From: a virus | Taxonomy: Duplodnaviria; Caudoviricetes | Virus record (IMG/VR): IMGVR_UViG_3300011337_000014 | Location: 1 to 37,168 of that record | Strand: one strand, 5' to 3' | DNA: 37,168 nucleotides | Shown here: positions 18,017-25,241 of the stretch, one piece after another | Position numbering within the stretch: the stretch's first letter is position 1 | How the letters are laid out: each line of letters opens with the position of its first letter | Made by a program: the position numbers and the translations under genes | Notes under the pieces: generated by a model | The model's input: only the letters and a program-made list of their open reading frames with translations | Told to the model about the DNA's origin: nothing | The model's database searches: none

Positions 18017-18645
18017 GTGTTTTTCTCCTCAATTGTATAAAACCAGTCATCCCCTGCGCTCCACTTGCGTGTACCGTCCACCGTCCAGAACCTTTGTGCG
18101 GCTTGGAAGTCGGGGAATTTTGTCTCAGCAGGGATCAGGCTTTGGTCGTACCACAGGCAGCGATTATTAGGCTGACAGGCAAATTGCCCATTGTCCAAGG
18201 CAATCCAGTTAAAGGATTTATGTTCTTCAGCCTGCTCGGTAAACCCTGTATCCAGTGCCATCTCATCGGCGCAAAAGTCCACTGTAAACAGGTAACGCCC
18301 AAAGTGCCACTGCTTATCTTTGCCCAAAAACTTCACGCCTAAGTTGCGTAGGCCGATTTTCTCCACAATAGTAAATCGGTAGCCCATGCAGTCCCAAAGC
18401 TGCAAAGTGTCGATGGGGAGGTCACCATGCTCTGTTTGCCACACATAAGCATGAATGGGTAGCTTGTCATACAGCGCACCATAGGCAGGCAGTAGCGACT
18501 CAATGCGGAACACTTGACCACGCAGGGCTTTGAGGCTAACCCATACGGCGGGTTCTAGTTCGCCATGCCCCTTTGTGAAATTGTATAAAAACTCCCGTCT
18601 AACAAAGCATTTAAGAGGGGGTAATGATGCGATGATGTAACTCAT
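18013..18645 (-). CDS. Hypothetical phage protein
   Basis: 210 aa, ATGA-coupled; YGALYDKLPIHA, LQLWDC, QPNNRC motifs. Confidence 0.75.
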   Translation of the reverse strand: MSYIIASLPPLKCFVRREFLYNFTKGHGELEPAVWVSLKALRGQVFRIESLLPAYGALYDKLPIHAYVWQTEHGDLPIDTLQLWDCMGYRFTIVEKIGLRNLGVKFLGKDKQWHFGRYLFTVDFCADEMALDTGFTEQAEEHKSFNWIALDNGQFACQPNNRCLWYDQSLIPAETKFPDFQAAQRFWTVDGTRKWSAGDDWFYTIEEKNT

Positions 18646-18854
18646 TCCACCACCTCCTGCTTGGCGGTCAATGCCTCAAGGCGTTTAATCCTTGCCACGT
18701 TGTAGGCAACAATGGCGGTGTGGTACTCCATGCTCGACTGGTGGCGTAGCTTGGTGCGCTGTGCTTGTATCAGTTCCTCGGCGATTAACTCGGCGGGGGT
18801 CGGCATGACCCAATGGTTCGTAAGCCACTCCCATACGTTTTTTAGATGGTTCAT
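18642..18854 (-). CDS. Hypothetical protein
   Basis: ATGA-coupled on both sides. Confidence 0.7.
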   Translation of the reverse strand: MNHLKNVWEWLTNHWVMPTPAELIAEELIQAQRTKLRHQSSMEYHTAIVAYNVARIKRLEALTAKQEVVE

Positions 18855-19039
18855 ACTTCCCTCGCTTTCATCATTGCGTCTGCCATGCGGTAAGAGACTT
18901 CAGCAATGTAATTGCAATCAGGGTCTTGAACTTCAACCATCATCCCTTGCATGGCCTCGGCTGCAAAGTAGTCGCGCATGGTCATGCCCTTTTCAGCGCA
19001 CGTGTAACTTTGTATTGGAAATGCTGTTCTGTGGTTCAT
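18851..19039 (-). CDS. Small RDYFAA-motif phage protein
   Basis: GMTMRDYFAAEAMQG..YRMADAMMKAR. Confidence 0.75.
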   Translation of the reverse strand: MNHRTAFPIQSYTCAEKGMTMRDYFAAEAMQGMMVEVQDPDCNYIAEVSYRMADAMMKAREV

Positions 19040-19245
19040 TTGAAAATACTCCTCGCTAAAACTACCTTCGTGGGTTCGCACTGCTTGGTCTGCGCTTTGG
19101 TATCACTGAAGTACCCAATGGCAAAACAAATAAACGCGAACACGCCCACGCACTTAAAAAACGTCATGGCACTGTCCCACATCATCTCAAATATGGTAGG
19201 TGTCTCCTCGTCGGCTAATATCTCATCCTTAAACTCGGTTGTCAT
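19036..19245 (-). CDS. Small single-TMD membrane protein
   Basis: AAGGAG RBS; acidic N-terminus, hydrophobic FFKCVGVFAFICFAIGYF. Confidence 0.65.
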   Translation of the reverse strand: MTTEFKDEILADEETPTIFEMMWDSAMTFFKCVGVFAFICFAIGYFSDTKAQTKQCEPTKVVLARSIFK

Positions 19246-19274
19246 GGTTATGCTCCTTCGTTGATTAAGTATAA

Positions 19275-19292
19275 ATTCTAGCATACCGCTAG
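19275..19292 (-). promoter_or_regulatory. CTAGC-N5-GCTAG palindrome overlapping extended -10 (TGcTAGAAT)
   Basis: CTAGCataccGCTAG at 19278-19292; same motif at 24862 and 24958. Confidence 0.7.
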
Positions 19293-19489
19293 AAAGGAAT
19301 GGAGTCCCACTCCCACACATTGCAGTCAACCATGCCTGTTAGCCACTCTTTTGGTGGCTTGGCTGTAAATTCTTGGCATACTCCTGACTGTAATTTTGTA
19401 CAGGTTTGGCAGTTGACTTGTATCTTGTCAAGCTGCGTTAGCTGCTGCTTCAAGTGTGACTTGATGGCGTTCAATTCGATCAAATTCAT
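19289..19489 (-). CDS. Small Cys-rich protein with DSIPF tail
   Basis: CQTC..C..C; ends WEWDSIPF. Confidence 0.7.
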   Translation of the reverse strand: MNLIELNAIKSHLKQQLTQLDKIQVNCQTCTKLQSGVCQEFTAKPPKEWLTGMVDCNVWEWDSIPF

Positions 19490-21077
19490 ATTCTTTTACC
19501 TCTGTAAATTTTCCGTTTCGGCGTGTTGCAATCTTGGCTGGCTGTCTGATTGTGTTGGTTTCTAACCATTCCAGCACTTCATCCACGCCCCGTGGGTGGT
19601 AGCCTCTCTCGCGTGCAAACCACCAGTTCTCAGCCTTTTGCCTGGCATAACCCATGTGGTTAAAGCACACCCACTCGCTGGCGCAGCGCAACAGGCCATC
19701 GTAGTAGTCCACCCGCATACTGTCAGGCTTGCCTTCTTTGCGGTGCAACTTGTAATCCACCCAACTGACATCGTGCCAAATCAATTCTGCTGATTGGGCA
19801 GACAGCAGCGCAGCGTAGGACACCTTCACATCTTTAACTTCAGCCACTGGCTCTCTAATGATTGCGCCACAGGCGGCGCAGACCAGTGCCGATGCTAGGT
19901 TGCGCTCTCCACAGTCAGGGCAGACGCTAAATGGGGCTTCTTGCAGTCCACCCGTGCGCTTGGCTCGCCCTTTGATTGTGTCTACTGGCCCCAAGCGTTC
20001 AACGGTGTCGGTGAAGTCAAGCACCAAGCAGTCATTTTTGCCATCAGCAATGCGAGTGCCTCGACCCATTCCTTGGACATACAACACTGGCGACTTGGTT
20101 GGCCTACACCACAAGATGCAATCCACATCAGGCACATCAAAACCCACCGACAAAGCCAAGACCGTCACAAGGCAGCGGATGTCGCCAGTCTTAAAGTCTT
20201 GGATTAAGTCGGCGCGTTCTTTGGGCGGCGTTTCACCGCACACCACCTCACTCAAAACACCCAAAGAATTTAGGCGATCTGAGAGGCTTTCGGCGTTTTT
20301 GACACTAGGTGTAAAGGCGATCCATTTGAGGCGGTCAGATGCCAGTTTGGTGGCTTCCACGGCTACCTGTGACAAGTATTTTTCAACCACATCGGACAAC
20401 TCGCCAACCTTGTAGTCACCGTTGGAGATGCCGACTGAACTGGCATCAATGCGGATGTGCATCAAGGCGGCTGGCGGTACGAGGGGGGCGATAAATTTAG
20501 CATCAAGCAACTCACGCATTGACACTCGGCTGGCAATCCCAGTGAACAGCGGATCGTCACCGTCAGTCAGCCAAACCTGATTACCCCTAAACGGCGTGGC
20601 GGTCATGCCCACGGTCCGAAAGTGGCAAATTTCGCCTAGCTTGGACAGGAAGCTGCGGTACATCCCCTGTGCCTTGGTGTCCACCAAGTGCGCCTCGTCA
20701 ATGATGACGCACTTGATGTCACCCAACAGGTGGGCGCTTTTGTGGATGCTGCCAATGGTGGCGACAATCACATCGGCGTTGTGCTGCTTCTTGCCCAGGC
20801 TTGCGCTGACAAACCCCACATGGATGCGGTCAGGCAGCAAGGCTTGCAACTTGGCAGCGTTTTGCTCTGCCAACTCCTTAGACGGCACAAGCACCACTGT
20901 GCGGGGGTGGTAGTCAGGCCACTGATCCCACATCTGGCGCACAATCTCGGCGCAGATCACCGACTTACCTGCGGCGGTCGGAAACACTAGCAGCGGGATG
21001 TCGGCGCTGCTTTGGTGCTTTGTCCACCAGTCAAATAGGTCGGTGACTGCGCGGGACTGGTAGTCACGCAGGATCAC
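19428..21077 (-). CDS. SF2 DNA helicase (RadD/YejH-like) with Zn finger
   Basis: LRDYQ, PTAAGKS, IDEAH, TATP, QGMGRGTR, CPDC..CAAC. Confidence 0.92.
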   Translation of the reverse strand: MILRDYQSRAVTDLFDWWTKHQSSADIPLLVFPTAAGKSVICAEIVRQMWDQWPDYHPRTVVLVPSKELAEQNAAKLQALLPDRIHVGFVSASLGKKQHNADVIVATIGSIHKSAHLLGDIKCVIIDEAHLVDTKAQGMYRSFLSKLGEICHFRTVGMTATPFRGNQVWLTDGDDPLFTGIASRVSMRELLDAKFIAPLVPPAALMHIRIDASSVGISNGDYKVGELSDVVEKYLSQVAVEATKLASDRLKWIAFTPSVKNAESLSDRLNSLGVLSEVVCGETPPKERADLIQDFKTGDIRCLVTVLALSVGFDVPDVDCILWCRPTKSPVLYVQGMGRGTRIADGKNDCLVLDFTDTVERLGPVDTIKGRAKRTGGLQEAPFSVCPDCGERNLASALVCAACGAIIREPVAEVKDVKVSYAALLSAQSAELIWHDVSWVDYKLHRKEGKPDSMRVDYYDGLLRCASEWVCFNHMGYARQKAENWWFARERGYHPRGVDEVLEWLETNTIRQPAKIATRRNGKFTEVKEYEFDRIERHQVTLEAAANAA

Positions 21078-21231
21078 GGCTGCGCTCCTCCAACATCAGG
21101 TCAGCAAACTGATAGGCCAACCTTACGGCTGTCTTTTCGTGGGTAGCGCCAGCAGCCAACTTACCCTGCAAGGCGGCGGCTGCAAAATAGTCGCGCAGCG
21201 TAATCTCTTGTATTGGTATTGGCGTGGTCAT
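21064..21231 (-). CDS. Second small RDYFAA-motif protein
   Basis: ITLRDYFAAAALQG..YQFADLMLEER. Confidence 0.7.
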   Translation of the reverse strand: MTTPIPIQEITLRDYFAAAALQGKLAAGATHEKTAVRLAYQFADLMLEERSRDPA

Positions 21232-22310
21232 ACAAATTTCCCTTTCCATTCCTTGCGTAAGTCAGTCACAAACTCATTCACCAGCGCGGCCTTGTCCTTA
21301 CAGGCGTGTATCTCGGCGCTAGCAAGGTGTGCGACATCAACCGCAGGGTCACCGTTGACAAACTGCTTGTCGCCCAGTTGGTACACCACCGCGTCACCGA
21401 CCATGTCAACGGGGTGCGCTGTCTTGGCAAGCAAGATTGGGATGTAGCGGTGGGAACTACACCCAGTGCGCTGCTTGGTCATTGGCAAGTAATTGTCATA
21501 GGCTGCACAACTCCAAAGAGCTTTGCCCGTCATCTCAGGTGTGGCGTGGGCGCAGGATCGGCAGGTTGGGGCTGGGACATCAGTGCCGTGGCAGATGCTG
21601 TGGTAGTCGCAGAACTTGCACTCGTACCAGCTTGGGTCGGCGCTGATCCCCACAGGTGGCTCGGATGCCGTGATGATTGCTAATGCCTTGTTAACGATGT
21701 CTTTGGCCTCGGCTGCGTCATAGTCGATGCGCTCGGTGTAGATGTCATCGTTGTCTTTGTTGACCACAATGTAAATCGCTCGGCGGCATCCATCGTCACC
21801 AAACTCTGCGATAGACCAATGCATATATGATTGCATCTGCGCGTAGTGTTCGGGCTTGGACTGCTTTACGCCGGATTTCTGCATTTCCTTGTAATACTTG
21901 TCAGACGAGGTTTTGATCTCCAAAATGTGCGGCGACTTCGGTGCTTGGGGTAAACCAGTCACGATGCCATCACAGTTGCCTTGGAAGTGGTGTCCAGTCT
22001 CAGGCTCGGACCAACCAAACTGCTTGCCAGTATTTGGGTTGATGTCAAACACCGTACAACCGATGGCACGCAGGTCGGCATAGACCCGTGGCTCTTGCAA
22101 GTGTCCAGTCTGAAAAACTCGGTACAAGCGGCCTGGGAACTCCGCAGGCTTAGACCAGCGGAATGAGTACCAGTGCTGGCGCAGACAGGGCTTGCCAATG
22201 GCAGATGCCCCAAGGTATGGACGCTGTGACTCAACACCGTACTTTGCCTTGTAATGGGCAAAGATGGCATCGGTCACAGGGTCTACCACCGCAGCGGGTA
22301 GTGTTGCCAT
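21228..22310 (-). CDS. Cas4-like PD-(D/E)xK exonuclease
   Basis: GASAIGKPC, GH.QE, GNCDG, LEIKT, HYAQMQSYM, CKFCDYHSIC. Confidence 0.85.
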   Translation of the reverse strand: MATLPAAVVDPVTDAIFAHYKAKYGVESQRPYLGASAIGKPCLRQHWYSFRWSKPAEFPGRLYRVFQTGHLQEPRVYADLRAIGCTVFDINPNTGKQFGWSEPETGHHFQGNCDGIVTGLPQAPKSPHILEIKTSSDKYYKEMQKSGVKQSKPEHYAQMQSYMHWSIAEFGDDGCRRAIYIVVNKDNDDIYTERIDYDAAEAKDIVNKALAIITASEPPVGISADPSWYECKFCDYHSICHGTDVPAPTCRSCAHATPEMTGKALWSCAAYDNYLPMTKQRTGCSSHRYIPILLAKTAHPVDMVGDAVVYQLGDKQFVNGDPAVDVAHLASAEIHACKDKAALVNEFVTDLRKEWKGKFV

Positions 22311-22311
22311 A

Positions 22312-22791
22312 TTACTTCTTAGCCCAAGCTGGTGCTTTGGACACGGGCGCAGCGGGAGCAACGTCTGCCACAGGCGCTAAGAATGCGGGTACAGAACCGC
22401 CAGCAGACTCGTAGCCCTTGATGTTGTTGCTGGCTTGGTACTCGCCCTTGGCCTCACGCACCACCACCTTGATGGTGACTGGCTTGTGGTGCAAAGCGGC
22501 GGTGTCTTGCAGCTTGATGACATTCACGGCATGGCACAGAGCGCTAAGTTGCGACTGGGCAATGCGTTGGGTGTCTTCGTTGCTGTGCTGGATGTTGAGG
22601 TTCTCCCAGATGCGGCGACCCTTGTACTGACCATCAATAATCTCAAAGGTCAGCTTGAGGCCAGTGCCATTGCCTGATTTCAAAGGCTGCACATCAGAGT
22701 CAATGCACTGTGCAAGGTAAGTGCCAGCGGGAACTGGGCCAGATGATGCTTGGGGGGCAACGGTCGATGCGTCAAAAGTAAAAGAAGCCAT
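22312..22791 (-). CDS. DUF669-like putative ssDNA-binding protein
   Basis: PVPAGTY, LKLTFEIIDGQYKGRRIWENLN; between Sak4-like and exonuclease genes. Confidence 0.78.
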   Translation of the reverse strand: MASFTFDASTVAPQASSGPVPAGTYLAQCIDSDVQPLKSGNGTGLKLTFEIIDGQYKGRRIWENLNIQHSNEDTQRIAQSQLSALCHAVNVIKLQDTAALHHKPVTIKVVVREAKGEYQASNNIKGYESAGGSVPAFLAPVADVAPAAPVSKAPAWAKK

Positions 22792-22826
22792 TTTGTTTTC
22801 CTAAAAGTTAAGGTTGGACTGAAAGA

Positions 22827-23573
22827 TCAAGATTGCGCTGCGGTCAGCGCGTCTTGGAATGCCGCCCAGTCAAGCGGCATATTGGTAAGGCCAAAACGGT
22901 TTCCACCGCAATGTGCTGGATGAGGTTCAACATGAAGGATGCGCTCGCCTGTGGTTGTGGCCTTGGTTTCCTTGTTGCCAAAGCCAGCATCTGTCTTGCT
23001 GGTGAAAATGCGGTAGCCTGCGTAGCCAACCACATCAGCCCACTCAAGCACCAGTCCTGCGGCGCGGTCGTGCAGCTTTAGGACATGGGAGTCGTAGCCT
23101 TCGGTCAGGGGGTCTTCAATGCGCTTGATCTTGTCGTGGGCAATCAAGATGATGCCCATGCTTTTCTGAGCGCGTAAGACTTCCAAGCCAGAGAGTAAGT
23201 TGCGCCATTCTTCGGCGGCTGCGACATAGCCCTTACCAAAGCCTGGTGCTTCGATATTCTTCCAATTGTTGGCCTTGCAGACATAGTCCTGCACCAACGG
23301 CTCAAGCCAGTCGAGCGAGTCCAAGAACAGGGTTTGGAACTCATGGTCCTGATTGATAAGGGTGTCGATGGCAGCGTAGACATCCTGCAAGCTAGATGCC
23401 AGCGGGAAGGCGTTGGCGTTGACAGCGTCAGCACCGTCTTCGGTCAGGATACCAATGGCGTTTGGCGCCATAGCAGCAAAGGTGGTCTTACCGATCTTGC
23501 CTTGGCCTACCAAGACAATCTTGGGGGCGCGTACTCGTTTGGTTTTGGAAATGCTTTTGAGGTCGAATGCCAT
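22827..23573 (-). CDS. Sak4-like (AAA_24) recombination ATPase
   Basis: GQGKIGKTT, TLFLDSLDWLE, IILIAH. Confidence 0.85.
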   Translation of the reverse strand: MAFDLKSISKTKRVRAPKIVLVGQGKIGKTTFAAMAPNAIGILTEDGADAVNANAFPLASSLQDVYAAIDTLINQDHEFQTLFLDSLDWLEPLVQDYVCKANNWKNIEAPGFGKGYVAAAEEWRNLLSGLEVLRAQKSMGIILIAHDKIKRIEDPLTEGYDSHVLKLHDRAAGLVLEWADVVGYAGYRIFTSKTDAGFGNKETKATTTGERILHVEPHPAHCGGNRFGLTNMPLDWAAFQDALTAAQS

Positions 23574-23575
23574 GA

Positions 23576-23944
23576 TTAGTCTTTCAGTTCAATGGATGGT
23601 TTTGCGGGTTTGGTGGTGATGTACTCGGCAGCTTCCGCATAGGCGGCTGCGTCAAGGTCTTGCAGGGCGCGGAGGTGAGCAAGGTCAACCTCTGCCTTCC
23701 AACGGAATGCCTTTTGAGCGTTCTTGCTAATGGCATCCCATGCGGTCTGCACAGCAGCGGTGTCCACTGCGCGAGTGAGCTTCCAGCTAATTTTGAATTC
23801 CTCATCGTTGTGTGTGCCTTCGCCATTGGCTGGCTTGGCAAACTGGGCTTCGATCAGCCCTTCAATTTTGAGGCGGTCGGTCTTGGCTGCTGTTTCAGCG
23901 GCTTTGGCAGCGCGTAAGGCTGCAATGAGTTCAGCTATTGACAT
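23576..23944 (-). CDS. Hypothetical protein
   Basis: 122 aa upstream of Sak4-like gene. Confidence 0.75.
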   Translation of the reverse strand: MSIAELIAALRAAKAAETAAKTDRLKIEGLIEAQFAKPANGEGTHNDEEFKISWKLTRAVDTAAVQTAWDAISKNAQKAFRWKAEVDLAHLRALQDLDAAAYAEAAEYITTKPAKPSIELKD

Positions 23945-24197
23945 GGTAGTTCTCCAGTTGGGTTAGTGCGGCTTCTTCGATTTCGTTGACAAGGTATTGC
24001 AACAAAATATGGGCAATGTCTTCGCCTTGGTGGTAGGCAGAGACAAGGGTTAGGTTTCCTTGAAAGGTGGGGGAGTACAGCAAGCTGATTGATCCACTAG
24101 TTTCAGAGGGTGTGTGTTCCAAGTGGCAGGTCAGAGTCACACCTTTGCAGTCGGTGGTGAACTCAACCATGCCTGCGGGACAGGCAAGTGTCTTCAT
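23931..24197 (-). CDS. Hypothetical protein
   Basis: ATGA-coupled start at 24197. Confidence 0.65.
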   Translation of the reverse strand: MKTLACPAGMVEFTTDCKGVTLTCHLEHTPSETSGSISLLYSPTFQGNLTLVSAYHQGEDIAHILLQYLVNEIEEAALTQLENYHVNS

Positions 24198-24337
24198 GCT
24201 GCCCACCAAACAACCAAGGCGGCTGCAAGAGCGATGCCGATGGCGGTAGCCAGAGCAACATCTTTGAAAGTGGTGGAGGTGGATGCGTCTAACGAGCGTG
24301 GGCGCATATCAATGTAGTGTAGGCGGTGCTTGTTCAT
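24194..24337 (-). CDS. 47-aa membrane peptide absent from ORF track
   Basis: AAGGAG RBS; ATGA overlaps at both ends; C-terminal TMD VALATAIGIALAAALVVWWAA. Confidence 0.7.
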   Translation of the reverse strand: MNKHRLHYIDMRPRSLDASTSTTFKDVALATAIGIALAAALVVWWAA

Positions 24338-24489
24338 GCTGTTACTCCTTGAAAGATTTGGCAATGGCAACCTTGCTTAACCATCAAAGAAATAAAGCCA
24401 AGGGCTTTGGTGATGGAAGTGAATTCCATGCGTGACCAATCACCTTGTGTGTGTGTTGGATTGAATTCGACTATGTAGATTTGTTTCAT
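24334..24489 (-). CDS. Small hypothetical early protein (51 aa)
   Basis: MKQIYIVEF start; coupled to downstream gene. Confidence 0.6.
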   Translation of the reverse strand: MKQIYIVEFNPTHTQGDWSRMEFTSITKALGFISLMVKQGCHCQIFQGVTA

Positions 24490-24527
24490 GGTTTGCTTTC
24501 GTTGTGGGGGCTTGCGCCCCTGTGGGT

Positions 24528-24794
24528 TTAGATAGAGCGAACTTTGTGGCGGCGAACTGATGCGGTGGCGTAAGCCCATGCTGTTGCCAATGCTTGTGAT
24601 GGAAAAGACCGGCTGCGTTGTTGCACTCCAAACTCTTTCCACTCTCCATTTACTAAGCGTGTGTTTTGAACATATGCACGGAAGTCTTCGCCATTGTCAC
24701 GAAACACAACTGCGAATCCAATTTCACGACCTTTTTTGTCCAGCACATTAGTGCCTAGGAAGTTCATAAAAATCTCACCATATTCGTTTGTCAT
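24528..24794 (-). CDS. First early-operon hypothetical protein
   Basis: AAAGGA RBS, downstream of leftward promoter. Confidence 0.7.
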   Translation of the reverse strand: MTNEYGEIFMNFLGTNVLDKKGREIGFAVVFRDNGEDFRAYVQNTRLVNGEWKEFGVQQRSRSFPSQALATAWAYATASVRRHKVRSI

Positions 24795-24984
24795 TTTGTT
24801 TTCCTTTAGTGTTGGCCTTTCGGCGTGGGGCCAACAAGAAATTTGCTGGCTTGGCTAGATTCTAGCGGTTTGCTAGTGCCTTTTTGGGAAATGTGCAAAA
24901 AAAACCAAACTAAAAACCCTTAAGGGTTTGTACTAGGTATTTATTGCCAGCAGTAGACTAGCGTCATGCTAGACTTCGCGTCCT
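24795..24984. promoter_or_regulatory. Divergent promoter/operator region
   Basis: CTAGC-N5-GCTAG at 24862-24876 and 24958-24972, each overlapping a -10 (TAGAAT leftward, TAGACT rightward); 16-bp palindrome at 24914-24929. Confidence 0.75.
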
Positions 24985-25209
24985 ATGACCACACAAATAA
25001 CCCCATTTGAGCGCCAACGGCTCGCTAAAAAAGTTGGTATCAGCGAGCAGTATCTCTACCAGTGCCTTACAGGGCGCAGGGAGATGTCTGCTTATGAGGC
25101 TGTCAGGGTAGAGCAGGCTAGCGAGGGGATTCTTTCTCGCAAAATGCTGTGCCAGGAGAGTTGGAAAGACATTTGGCCAGAATTAAGCATGGCCCACACC
25201 AAAGCATAA
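24985..25209 (+). CDS. Cro/YdaS-like HTH regulator
   Basis: RQRLAKKVGISEQYLYQCLTGRR HTH and IWPEL C-terminal motif. Confidence 0.85.
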   Translation: MTTQITPFERQRLAKKVGISEQYLYQCLTGRREMSAYEAVRVEQASEGILSRKMLCQESWKDIWPELSMAHTKA

Positions 25210-25241
25210 ACATTCACATCCAACCAGGACAAAGAACAACA

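Noticed and set aside
21228-22310. Cas4-like nuclease as evidence of CRISPR-Cas
   Set aside because: No array or other cas genes; typical Sak4-SSB-exonuclease recombination module
24795-25209. Classical lambdoid CI/Cro lysogeny switch
   Set aside because: No divergent CI-like HTH/peptidase gene and no integrase found
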